From NCBI GenBank assembly GCA_002633005.1, contig NMRA01000074.1, forward strand, positions 897,097 through 961,096: a stretch of DNA of 64,000 nt. Direction: 5' to 3'. The notes beneath the pieces were generated by a model, which was given only the letters and a program-made list of their open reading frames with translations, had not been told where the DNA came from and searched no databases. Positions 36,260 through 48,700 of this stretch are shown here, piece by piece. Within the stretch, counting starts at the first letter, position 1. Each line of letters opens with the position of its first letter. The position numbers and the translations under genes are program-made. The stretch is from Phoronis australis (lineage: Eukaryota > Animalia > Phoronida).

Positions 36260-37400
36260 AGAGTTATCACTTTTCTACATTAGGCTAAATAGATATTGTT
36301 TGGTTTGTCGTTTAAAAATATTTAAATCTGCCATTTCTCTCAGATGGACAGATTGTGAATTTCACAGTACAACTTGTATGCCTGAATTAAAAAGTTTTAT
36401 ATCCATGGGTTTTAACTCTTGGCTGAATGAAGCCATTATCGCTCCTTCTAGTAATCTGAGAATGACGTTGTTTAAATGCTGAAAATGGATCGAGGGATAA
36501 TTTGGGGTGTTGTCATGAGCAAATTTATGAGCAAGGTGGAGCTTTATTTGGTTGACTCGATTTTCAATATTTAGCCACCAAAAAGACTGAAAATGATTAA
36601 AAGCAGCGTGGGTATGAGGGTGTAAATTTTGTACATATCTAATTAATTTGCTTTGAAACACCTGGAGCTTTTTACCAAGACATCTATTTAAACTGGAAAA
36701 CCAGCTCGAACAAGCATAATCAAAGTAATGACTAATGAATTTCACAGGGTTTTACGTGACCTACGATCTAAGCATAATTTTTAGTCTACTAATTGTGCAT
36801 TTTTTAATAAATACGCTTGGGTTGTCTAGTCAAAAAGAGCTTGCTATCAATTTTGAGACCGATACAACTGGAAGAAGACCAAGAAGTGATAACACTGCCG
36901 TTACAAGTTACATTTCTAAAAATAATTGATTGAGTTTTACCAACATGTAGTGATGGTTTGTTGTTAAGAAACCAATTACAAAGGTTATTGACGTCATGAG
37001 TGAGAGTCTGCTTAATAACCGAGACGTTCTTATGGGAAGAAATAAAGCAGAATCCGATGAACTGTACGTACATGTATAGAATAAGTTTACAATCAACTGC
37101 AGATTCCATGCAATTGGCATACAGGAAAAAGAATAAAGGGCAAAGAATAGAATCTTTCAGTTCAGACGGCCAGCCTAGTATGTCAACAAGCTGTGGTTTA
37201 CATGTTAAATAATAACCAGATTTCTACAAATACACCGGGATTTGTCAACATCGTCACAAGATGTGGTTACATTCCAGTCAACTTCGTTTAATTTGTTGAC
37301 AAAGTTGATAAGGAATTGACACCACCTTAGCGTAAAATCGTTGTTGTTTTATTTGGTTGTGTTTAATTCTTAGTTTTGCTCTTTCTATACAAGGTTGAGC
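36260..37400 (-). mobile_element. Degenerate 5'-truncated LINE (L2/CR1-group) reverse transcriptase remnant
   Basis: Frameshifted pieces: DCKLILY...DSALF (YADD region), DVNNLCNWFLNNKPSLHVGKTQSIIF, and HYFDYACSSWFSSLN...KKLQVFQSKLIRYV. Confidence 0.8.
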
Positions 37401-40400
37401 GTCTAGTTTCCAAATTTGTCTTCATTCCACACAATGAGCAGTATTTAAAAGGATGTTAAACCCCGTTTTGATGATTTCAGTCAATGCTCGTTCTGTCACC
37501 CACTAATGCATCATAGGCGTCAGTCTTCCAAGTTAGACATGGGTAGAGTTCACTAAAAAAGCAAGAATACGTGAGATATTACCGTGTTGTTTTTAGTATC
37601 TGTTCATAGGACAAAACGGGGTGTGGTATCCTTTTGATTAATTGTAAGTTGAAATTGCGAATATTTTGCGAAGTTATGTCAAATTTCTGAGCTAGGAACC
37701 GCTTTGGTAATGAATTAGGGGTATCTGCAAGTTCATCTTTGACATACCGTGTAACTAATGCTTCTTAACTGAGCAGCAAACTTGCAAACCGTTAGAAAAT
37801 CATCTAGAAACGTCAATATTTCAACAAACAAAACCAAATACTCCATCTCAAAACAGTCCGCTCCTCACCTAAATTGTATTGAAGCACAACTCTGCTTTTG
37901 CTCTCCACCGCAACGACGGCGATCTCCTCGGCAGTCACTTCAATTTACTCTAAAGCAAAAAGTTTCATAAATCGTGAGAAATTTGTCAATCCATACCTCT
38001 GTGGTTTTTAACTACCAGTTTCGCGTTTAAATAATCGAAAACGCATACTATCGAAAGGGAGGTGAAGTGAACAGTGGTATGGGGAATTGTTCTTGTGTCG
38101 CAGTGTTTTCTATCTCAGTCTCTTGATCACACAATTTCGAACTTATCAAGGTCGACACAGCTAATTGTTCAGCTCCCTGGTGACGTGTTTTGTCCACTGC
38201 TCCGGCCCTGTCACATTAGCAGCTGATACGCCATTGTATCTGGCTGCCAACTTCTCCCTTAAACTCTTCAATACTTAAGTTATCTTTTAGAAATATCAAG
38301 TTTTCTTTCTGAAGCTATTTCGCCAGCGGCTGGCAAATGTATTCTGATGAGACACAGGACGTCGTTCATCGCTGGAAGTCGGCCCCATGGCAAGGTCGCC
38401 AGAGAGCCCAATGGAAAATTGGAAATCTAAGTTTGCGCAAATTTCAGGATTTTTTTTTGTGACGTATAATACTACCACTAGCAATGACGGCGATTTTCTT
38501 ACGCTTGCAGTTGCCAGTCTTCCCGCGGGGTCATCTTGGCCTTCGGCTCCGACTGTACAAGCTTATGTGCTACGTAGTTTTTCAGTGTAGATATTTATTT
38601 TCAATATCTTTGTCAATAGTCAGAATATTTTTACTGAATAGCAAATTCACTTAATTCTTGTTCGTTGTTATGTTTTACTATTTCCTCATTAAGTTGATGA
38701 CTCTTTACTAATCACCCTTACCACGTTCCTGAATAGATCACTTATTTTTAAATCTATAGCGCAAATCTAGTAAAATGACGTTGAGGATAACAGGGGTGGA
38801 TTTTCTTGTTGTATGGCAGTTTCATTGATGTTTTAAACTTTAATCTTATGTACTGTAGGACTTAACTAAACTTCGAAAGTCATATCTCTGAAGTGAATAA
38901 CCAAATTCATGTGAAAATTTTGCATTTGCCTTATGTTCTGTTGTCCGAAACGCGACGGACAATCAAAAGCTGTTGGAAATTTATAAAAAAACACAACACG
39001 GTTGCATTAAATGAAAACTTTGACACGAAATGAAATGTGGCCATGTTATTGGTACCGTTGTTTTGCTTTGAACGAATTTTGTTTGCTGTTGAATTTTAAT
39101 TAAAAAATATGGTCACGTGACCAACGTCTACGGACTTTGGCTACGCTCAGAAAGTGTATACGTTTACCGAGTTGATTTGGAGATATTTGGATAACTGCAG
39201 AGTTATTTCGATAAGGTCCTACATTTAAAACAGTAAACAATTCTGTTGGTTGCCCTGAGTGACCTTTTTGAAATATCAAAACCCCGTGTCAAGCTCTCTC
39301 GAGTTGTACATGTATTACTAGTGGTCACACACTTCTGCTTTTTCACCAAATTCTCCCAGAACAAACAAAATTTGTGGTTTATCAGTGTTTTCACATATCA
39401 CTGAGAAGTTTTGAGTGTGACTTTATTAATTAAATACAGTAACTACTATAGTTCTACTCAGTACACATGTCTAGTCTCGTTACGGCGCAACAAATTTAGT
39501 ATTCAGTTTTTGACCTCTTGAGTTTTCATGTATTTGTAATTTCATCGGATGATACTGAATGCATAACATTAATGTTATTTTATTTGCGTTAGTAGAGTTC
39601 ACCCGTATCTGCCACGGACAACTCAACGCTATTTCCACAGCCCAACACTAATTTAGGGGAAATAACCGCAGCCCCCACAACATTGCTTATCAAAAACGCA
39701 GCTGAACTCTATTAATTTTGATAATACGCTAAATACATAGTGGACCTGTCACGGACCAAAATTGTTCGGTAAAAGCATGACAATTGATGACAACTCTACC
39801 GTGCCAGTTTTGATGTGGTTATCAAAATAAGACTAGGTACCCATCGCTATCACGGTTGTTTCTAGCAACCATCTTGCATTTTATAAATGCTGACTCGGCA
39901 ATTTCTACGTGATACTTTTATTTTGTTAGGTAGAACAACCAGAAATGTTAAGTTCAAATCGTCGTCTCAGTGCAACTGCCCGTCTTCGGATTTCCTCGCA
40001 TGTAGATGTTTCACTATACAACGCACCACTCCCGACTTAACTTTATGTTTTTAAAACATTTTGTTTGCCCACGTATTAAATTGTTGGATATTTCAAAGGT
40101 GCAAAGTCACTTCCCAATCTTTGGACGGTTCCCACACGAACGCTGGGTTCTCAATGCTAATTCCAAGCTCTAACTTTCTTAATAAAAAATAATTCAATAA
40201 GCTGTTCGATATAATTCGTAACTTATTAAAAACATGGTCTGTTCCACGAAAATCTACTTAAAACTTAAGTCAGAAATTTCGTCTTTCACTTTACACACAG
40301 TGTGCCTAAACATGTATCTGAAAAATAATTAAGTCTTTCGCAAGCAAAAATGCCAAATCTCTGAGAACTCGGACATACCTGCTAGTTAACGATATTATTT

Positions 40401-41439
40401 CCATAAACTATTTCCAGACTGTGATGCGCTTGAAATATACTAGACAAAAAATTATTTAGCTGTTGTTAAGTGGGAGCGTATCGCCAAATTACTGCCTCAA
40501 GCTTTAAGGATATCTCAAATCATATTCACAAAAATTGGTCGCTTTTCCAATATTTTACAGGTGTCTAGTAAAATACCTTTTCTTCATCCTCGTAGAACTT
40601 CAAATACGAAATATATGCCGTGAAGTGAGAAAAAAGATTTAGCAGAATCATATTCAACTGTGTGTTTACTGCATGTGCTTAACCGAGGCCAAAGGTTACA
40701 GAGGTGTCACTCACATCGAATCTACCCCCAGTTCTGAACGTACCCTCAGTTCTTTCATTCACCGGGTCGCCATGATATCAAGTGGCAACGAGGTGCGCAT
40801 AGCATAGAAAGATGCCGCGGAAAACGGAGACAAACGTAGCCGGCTTTGATCCTGAGGGAGTTGTACATCTGCATGCATACGACCATTGAGAACGAATGTG
40901 CCGAATCTTAGACGCCGCACCACCTCTTCGACTTTGAATTCACGAACACAACAAGTTGTGAAAAGATAAATTGCCACACAAATTTTATTAATTTGATCGG
41001 TAATGTGAAATTTTGCTACATGTATTTCGATCTCGTGCTCATGGCGCCCTTTCACCACCAACTCGATTTTATTGTCCATTTCGTACTTGTTTTCTCGATA
41101 TAAGTCTCTCCTAAAAAGCGCGCTGAACTTTGCTTAATCAACGCCTAGTTTTAATTCATCAACGTGCAGGTCGCTTTCACTTAACGGAACCCAGAGAATG
41201 AACATGAGACACTGAGCTCCATACACGTGAAAAAAGGGAATTTTTCGTTCTTTACAACTGCCTAACACTCATTTAGAAAGTCATTTCAAGATTTCAGAGC
41301 ATGGTCGTTACTGGGCTACAAGTAAAACTACCAGTTGATGCACTGAAGAGTTCTTAAACAACTAACTTTTTGTGCGTTGTAATGTGCTTGATCAAGGCGG
41401 AATTTTGCGAGTACTTTTAATCAGTTTATATTGCCCAAT

Positions 41440-41720
41440 CACGCCGTGCTCTCAAATTAATTGATTTTAATCAATTATTTTTGTTTAATCTATGCGTACT
41501 TTTAGCTCTTACGCTTAGTACGCATAGATTAAACAAAAATACGCATAAGAAGTACTCGTACAGACTAAGCAAAAGTACACATAGATTAATTAAACCTACA
41601 GGTAAATTAATCAAAAGTACTCGTAGACTAAGCAAAAGTGCACGTACATTAAGCAAAAGTACACGTAGGTTAATTAAACCTACACGTAAATTAATCAAAA
41701 GTAATCTTAGAATAAGCACA
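41440..41720. repeat. Degenerate ~21-bp tandem repeat, probably a transposon interior
   Basis: Recurrent AAAAGTACACGTAGAYTAAGC-like units explain the 7-aa periodic ORFs on both strands. Confidence 0.7.
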
Positions 41721-43597
41721 TTTCAACACGCTACACGACAACGCTTTTTGAACATCATCTAAGCTAAACAAAGTGCAGTTGTGTTCACAACTTGTAAATA
41801 TGAAAACAAAAAATCTGCAGATAGGTGACCTTTGCACTAATGACGCACATGTACCTTGGGAGCTAAGACAACCCGCATCGTGCACCACGTCATAATACTT
41901 ACTGGATACGGTTGAGTGATTTACGGCGGATGATTTTCGATACAAAACTCGTTCTTAAAAACATTTTGCATTTTTCAACGCACTTCATATGCACATAGTC
42001 GCTATATTTGCGTTTCTAACTAATTTGACCAAACAATCACAGAGATAAGGAATTAGCGTGCAAATTGTATTTTAAAAACCCTTCGGCGCTTCATACATGT
42101 CAAAGTGCAGAACTTTGTACGCGTTTAAGAACCCTTTTGCGCATTGTACTCCCCGGCGCCAGGCGTGTATCACAGTGAACTGTTGGCCTACTTAATTGTT
42201 GGCCTCGCCTTTGACCTCGAGGCAAATTCAAAAAATTAAAACGTTGCGACAGTTAAGTTAATTACGCCCTGCAAATTTATTTGACTTTGCGAGCGAACAT
42301 TGAAATAGCTAACATGGTTAAGGTATGTATAGGTTATATTGACCAAACATAAGTTTTTACCCGAATAATTAAACGATAACCGACAGATTTTGAGACTTGC
42401 GACGTTTTTCGCTTTTCGTCAGCTTCGGCAAATCTACTGAATTTGAACTAAGGAACAGCAGTTTTCGAGAACGGCTCACTGAATCTAAACTAAAATTTTG
42501 TAATTTTAATATTTACTCATCAATACCAACAACGCGTTTAGGATTTTCCTTTTAAACTCCTAACTTTGTCCTACCATAAGATAGGGTTTCCAATGATTAA
42601 AATCGACCTACAGGGTCTATTTTGCTATGAACGTACATTGTACCTTTCTTGAAAACGAAATTTTGATTTAAAGAAGGGCACGTAACTGTAATAAGGGCAC
42701 TTAAATGCAAAACATTTTTTTGTAATTTCTGATCGTTTTTCTCCCAGGAAATGTAAAATTTTACCAGTCGACATGGCCTGTTTTTGGTATATGTGTTAGA
42801 ATGAAGGTCACTAAATAAGGTTTGAGATAAGCTTGAGGTCACTTTCATGAAACAGAACTCAGAGAATGAAGAAGAGACAATGGCCTCCATCGATGTGGCA
42901 CAAAGTACTTTTCATGTTCTTGGGGTCTTTTTCATGAAAGTGACATGCAGTTGCTGAACTCTACCCAGCTGTCCCCTGTCAACTGCTTCGTGTCAATAAC
43001 TGTGCTTCGTGTAAATACGGCTCTAATGGGTCCTTGCTTTGACACCCCTTATTTACTGTGGGTAATTGATATAGGCACATCTCAATGATCCGGGGGGGGG
43101 TTATGCAATTCAACCTCGTCCTTTTGGACCTCAGAAATAAATTTTGGGTATAAGCCCAGGTATTGACATATGCACAGAACAGTTTTCAGTGGGTTTTTGC
43201 CTTGCAGAACACACACCATGCAATGGTCTTGTCACCGAATATAGTACTTACGGTAAAGAACGGGACCATCTAACGTCACAAGCCATACAAATGGGCACAG
43301 AAACTGTATTCTCTCTTGCCTTTGACCCTTTCATTCTTACTGAAAAGCAAGGTTGGCTAAGAATGAAAAGAAAGAAAAAAACTGGCCCCTTTCACACTAA
43401 AACCACTACAGTGTACGTCCCTGCCCAGCGCTACCTCACATCCCACCGAGTCCCGATTTTCCAGTCGCTACTCAGCAATGTACAGATGTCAACAGTGGGT
43501 CGCCGCCATCTTCATGCTATGAACATTCCCACTAAATAAAATTGGTTCTAACCCCGGTGTTTAAGGTACACGGCGGGGTATGGAAAATTGAACTAGA

Positions 43598-43947
43598 CCG
43601 TATTTATCCACCTTGGCTGAGACGCGCTCGGCTCATGCTCAAAGGGATGCCGCCAAGCTGCTCTATTCATCGAGTCACGAGCGAGGATAATTGACTTCGC
43701 TCATGCGGATATGATCAGCTGATTACAGTCTAGCCTAACAACTGTACTTTTTNNNNNNNNNNNNNNNNNNNNNNNNNNNNNNNNNNNNNNNNNNNNNNNN
43801 NNNNNNNNNNNNNNNNNNNNNNTATCATTTTATGGCCTGGTCATCCATTCAGCCAAAAGTAGTTCCAGAGGTGGCTTATCAGCCAATTATTCACGCATGC
43901 TGACTCACAATAGAAGCCTGATAAGAGTGAAGGTGGATAAATGCGGT
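43598..43947. repeat. Inverted-repeat-bounded element spanning an assembly gap (N 43753-43821)
   Basis: CCGTATTTATCCACCTT at 43598 is inverted relative to AAGGTGGATAAATGCGG at about 43930-43946. Confidence 0.45.
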
Positions 43948-45600
43948 GTTCCTACAGTTTCTTGTTTTAGTGGATCTGTTCACGACATGTTGAAAATGAG
44001 TGTATCCACAGCCTAACAATTAAGCGGTTTTGCACATCAAACAAACCAGAATTCTCTGAGCTGCATGTAACGCCTACCTCAAAACTGCCCCCAAAACGTA
44101 GCCTCCCCTTAGAATTTAATTTCTGGACAATGCAAATCTCCGCGGCTACATCCTAACTGTTCAGAGCATGGCATCCGAGTGAATCCCGATCACCATTTGG
44201 CAGACCGTCGATGCCATAGAGATGACGTAGTGCATTTATGTTTATAATTTGATTCCGCGTATGATAAAGTTTGTGTATACCGGTTTTCATGTAAGATGCA
44301 TCACTAAAGAACCCGATAAGTGTATCTACTAATTGATAACTACCGAATTCGTCAAACCGCCTCAAGTAGCTCAGTGCATACTTTAGGTTGACACCCAAGG
44401 TCACATTTGAAGTCCAAGATGCCTCTACTTTTACCCAGTCTTTAAAATTAACTACTGTAGCAAAGTTATCTTCCCTGAATGGGGCACAAACGTAAATGTG
44501 CGGGTTAGCATGTGATATATCGAAGTACCAAGTGCCAAAGTATAGCGCTATATGTGTACCCCAGGAACCAGCATTCTAAATTGCTGCTTTACGTAATACA
44601 TCGATGAAGTTCGAGGCAAAGAAGGTGAACCCATGAACGTGTTGCGTAATATCATCTACACCTATTCTAAGCAAGAAATGAACACATTGTATGCCTAAAT
44701 CTTATAAGTAAAGAGTGAAGGGGTCCTATTGAAAATACACCTTGTTGCCTTTGAATGGCTAAGGTCATGTACTCAGTGGTCTTTGTTCTAACAAGGAATA
44801 TCAGCGTGTGCAATTTTGATAGAACACCTTGATAATGGATTTTATAGGAGCATAATGATTTTTTAAGAGTTCGTGCATGCCCTTAGGAGTGCACAGCATT
44901 TTGATGCAATGAATGCGTGATTCCGGAAGTCGCTGATAGATCACGTGCTAAGTATAGTTCAAAACTTTATTTTAAAGCAGCATAACAATTTTTAGAACTC
45001 GAACATTGCGTTATTAATACAAGTGCAATGCAATCATCGACTCATGTTCCTTGAAGCGTGAATTTGGACTCCTCTCAAAGGACTCGCTCAGATTGAGTAC
45101 AATATTAGGGATTTTCTTATAAACTAACGCGTTTCTTGGACAAACGCGTGTATTGTTCTCGTCCACCTTCTGAACCCCATGAGTGCCTTGTAATTGTCTT
45201 ACTAACCCCACATTCTCACTCCTCATGTTTATTGTGTATCCATATGGACATAAAGTATATGTATGTCAGCAAGATAGCGCTAATCCACAGCTTCTGCCGG
45301 AATAAAGACGTAAACGGAATAACCGGGGTCGTAGTAAAACCCGAATACGTGCCATTACGACTAAAATCCGAACGCGCTTACAACTGACAGGCTCGGAATT
45401 TCATATCGAGCACAATGCGGGAGTTCACAAAAGATCAGTTAGCGTTTCATTGTGATCAGCCTGAACGTACATGTATGTGTTTATCTGATCCTTAGCTCCT
45501 GAGGGTTCAGCGGTCTACGTAGGCGTGGGTAATCAAAAGGGCGTTCATTTGGACCAAAGCCCACTATAGCAATCGGTTTTCCTATGCAAGACTCCTCGCA

Positions 45601-45792
45601 ATGGCGATGTCAACAATCTTAAGTACGTTTTTCTTATTGTTCTTTTTTTCTTGCTGCCAATGCAGACGTCAAGTAGAAATTCCGGGAGATTTTGTCCTTG
45701 AACAACCGCCTCTTACTGTGACTGCATTCAATGTGCAAGTCCTAGGACTGAGAAAGTTGGCCAAGGAGAATGTCATGGAGGTTGTCAAGAAG
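45601..45792 (+). CDS. DNASE1: DNase I exon 1
   Basis: Signal peptide MAMSTILSTFFLLFFFSCCQC, then ...LTVTAFNVQVLGLRKLAK...VVKK|gtaagt. Confidence 0.92.
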
Positions 45793-48700
45793 GTAAGTCT
45801 AAATGAAACAACACGTTTCTACGGCAATTAGCATGTTTTGCCAGGAATAACAACCAATCGCTACAATTTAAGAATAACAAGCCTTAGACCTGGATGTAAA
45901 AAAACTCAGAAATAGAACAAAACGAGAAAAGAACATATATGTTTTCCAAATTGATCATCTGATTGTGTTTCAGTAGTCATACATCTTTCACTTTCGTCAG
46001 GTACACAAAATGCTTGAGTCGTTGATTGGGACCATTTCATTGGGCACAGAACCCCTGCTTGAGTGTAGAATATCGTAAGGTGTGAATTTTCGAAACAAAG
46101 ATCTGAACCCATGTTTGGATGGCGTACGAGGGCAGTTTTTGGACATCGGCGTAGGAAGCATTTGATGGTTGGGGGGAGGAAAGTCTGTTAAATTTTCAAT
46201 TTTATTCTAAAACAAAGTTCATGAGTTTAAAGTTTTAATGATTAATTGGTAATTAATTGATACCATCACCTAGAATATTGGGATGGGGCAGAAGGGTATC
46301 CGCCCCCAACCTTTTTGGCTGAGGAGCGCCCGTCCCACCGTTTTTGCTCCTACCTCTGCAGCAGATCTATCTTTTGTTTATTACTTCCCTGACCTTCCCT
46401 GTACAAAATCCTACAAGTTCTCTAGCTGCCCACCCTCCAATCACCTACTTTCACCTGCTAAACTCTGACTACTGAATCACGCTCTTGCTTATGATGCATT
46501 TCTAATAATTTATATTACCTTTGCTGCCCAAATGTTTTCTTCATTTACTCTATATTATGCCTTTATGTATTTGTTCAATACACTGCTCATAGTTTATATT
46601 CTCTATATTTTTAAACAAGTAGTAGCGTATGTTGAACAATTATGGGTAAAGTGTTGGAATGTTTTTATTTATGTCTTCATTTCAAAAAGCGGTACAATTA
46701 ATGACCGCAATATGCAAGTACGCCGAATGGTAATTTTGATGAGGTATGTAGTCAAGTGGCAGATTTTTGCAATGAATAGCAGCATAGACCTCCAGCAATG
46801 GAATGCCAACAATGATTTCGCGGCCTCTGAGGTTGCGCCGCGCATGGATGAGAGTTGTTTGCTTTCGTTTGTTCCGGTGTGTGTAGCTATGGAATTAACT
46901 GTCGTTAAAACTTTGCAACTACGCTGATTTTCAACTAGATTGCATAAGAGCCATATCAAAAGCTCTATGTCGGGACTTCCGGTTAAAGATGGAGCATTTG
47001 GGCTCGTAAAATTTTCTCTCCGATCTTTGACCAGCGTCATGGCTGACAATTTACTATAAGCAACTGCGGTTTTATAACAACCTGACATGTTTCGGTGTCA
47101 TTTATTCAAACACCATAGAGAGTATGGTGGCCACCTAGCTAGGCCCAGCATCAAGTGATGAAACACAGACACAGTCAGTTACAGGGAGTGTCAATAAACT
47201 AGACCATAATGACATTCTGTGGTGTGCCAGTTGCCTATTGAGCCGATTGGGCTTGCACCAACTGATGGGTAGAGCTTCACGAATTTTAAGCTCTTTTGTT
47301 GTATCTTTTTGGTCTATTGTAAAAAAGTCATTGAGAAGAGCATTGCTGATGACAATGATTGGAGCTCTGTAGATGAATATTTATATGTGAACCTCTGTCA
47401 GAATTTGGAATTGCAAGTAAATATGGGCTTGGGGGAAGTGCTCAGAAGTACCACAAACGTTAACAACGCTGGTAGTGGCGTAACCGGGGGCAGCGAGTCC
47501 AGTTCCGAGGACGAAGTTGAACGCAAACCGAAATGGTTCAAATCCCTGACCGGAGAAGACATGTCGACCATGCGTACGGTAAAGTCGCGTGATTTTCGGA
47601 CACTGAAAATTAATTCCAATAGAAAAAAATCATTCTTGGACGAATCTCGCGAAATATCATTTTGTGGTGTCCGAATTTGGCGGACCTCCAAATTTGGGTT
47701 TCGGCTAGTGTCCGAATTTCGTGGGTGTACATTATTTCGATGAGCGGTCGCAGTATCAACAATGCTGGCTCGGTCATTTGATAGCTGTATAATTGCAGGT
47801 AAATGAGACTCAANGTTTGGAGTTCGAGGAGCTGTTTTAAGGGCAGTCGCATGTTTGTATATGAGGATTTTCCGAGAAATAGCTTGCGCTATAAAAACGC
47901 TTCTACCATTTTTGAAAGCTGCCTTAGGTCATATGTACATGTACCAACTATGATTTGGTTCGAGAAAAGCTGTTGATTGATGGAGTAATATACACAGTTG
48001 ACAACATATTAAGTATTATTCCCCAGTTCCTAGGCCTACTGGGCACACAGGCTGAATGATACAGATCAGGGGCAAGTTGACATCAAGTAAAGTGGTAAAG
48101 TAGGTCATTGACAGCATGATACTCAGCTAATATTTTTGTAGATAATTATAATAAATGTTGTTCTGTCTCGTACATGTTATACTTTGTGCCTATGACCATT
48201 GTATATATTTCAATAAATCACTGGATACTCATCTAAACCGCTGGCTATTATTTTGAAAGTTTTCAGACTACAGTTACCCTGCAGGCTCACCGAGTTAGTA
48301 GATTTGTTGACTAATGGTTACGCCTTTTACGCCGAAAGGCCCATAGATATGTTTTTCCATAGAAAGGTGAAACAGCATCTAAACTATTTTTGTTTAACTG
48401 ATGTCACTGTGAGTTTTTAATTTGATTAATTGATTTTCGTGTGTAACTGTGATTTCTTTTTACACTGTCGCTACATGTTGCGTTTCTAACTAATTTGGCC
48501 AAGCAGTCGCAGATATAAGGGATTAGTCTACACGTTACACATTTAAGATATAAATGTGGCCTTAGAGTCCACAAAACTTTTAAATCTCACTTCAACAAAA
48601 ATGCAAAGTCTCTAAAAATATACAGTTTCTGAGATAATTTCAATTTTTTCTAGACTGTGACGCTCTCATAATTTCTTGACTAAACAATTTCAGCAACCAT

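Noticed and set aside
40759-41079. 106-aa minus-strand ORF
   Set aside because: No recognisable motif, signal peptide or partner exons.
41471-41762. Leu-rich and Lys/Ser/Thr-rich ORFs on opposite strands
   Set aside because: Both are translations of a 21-bp tandem repeat.
46532-47852. Cluster of 80-144-aa ORFs in DNase I intron 1
   Set aside because: They overlap on both strands, cross repeat-like and palindromic segments, and show no domain signature; probably nested transposon debris.
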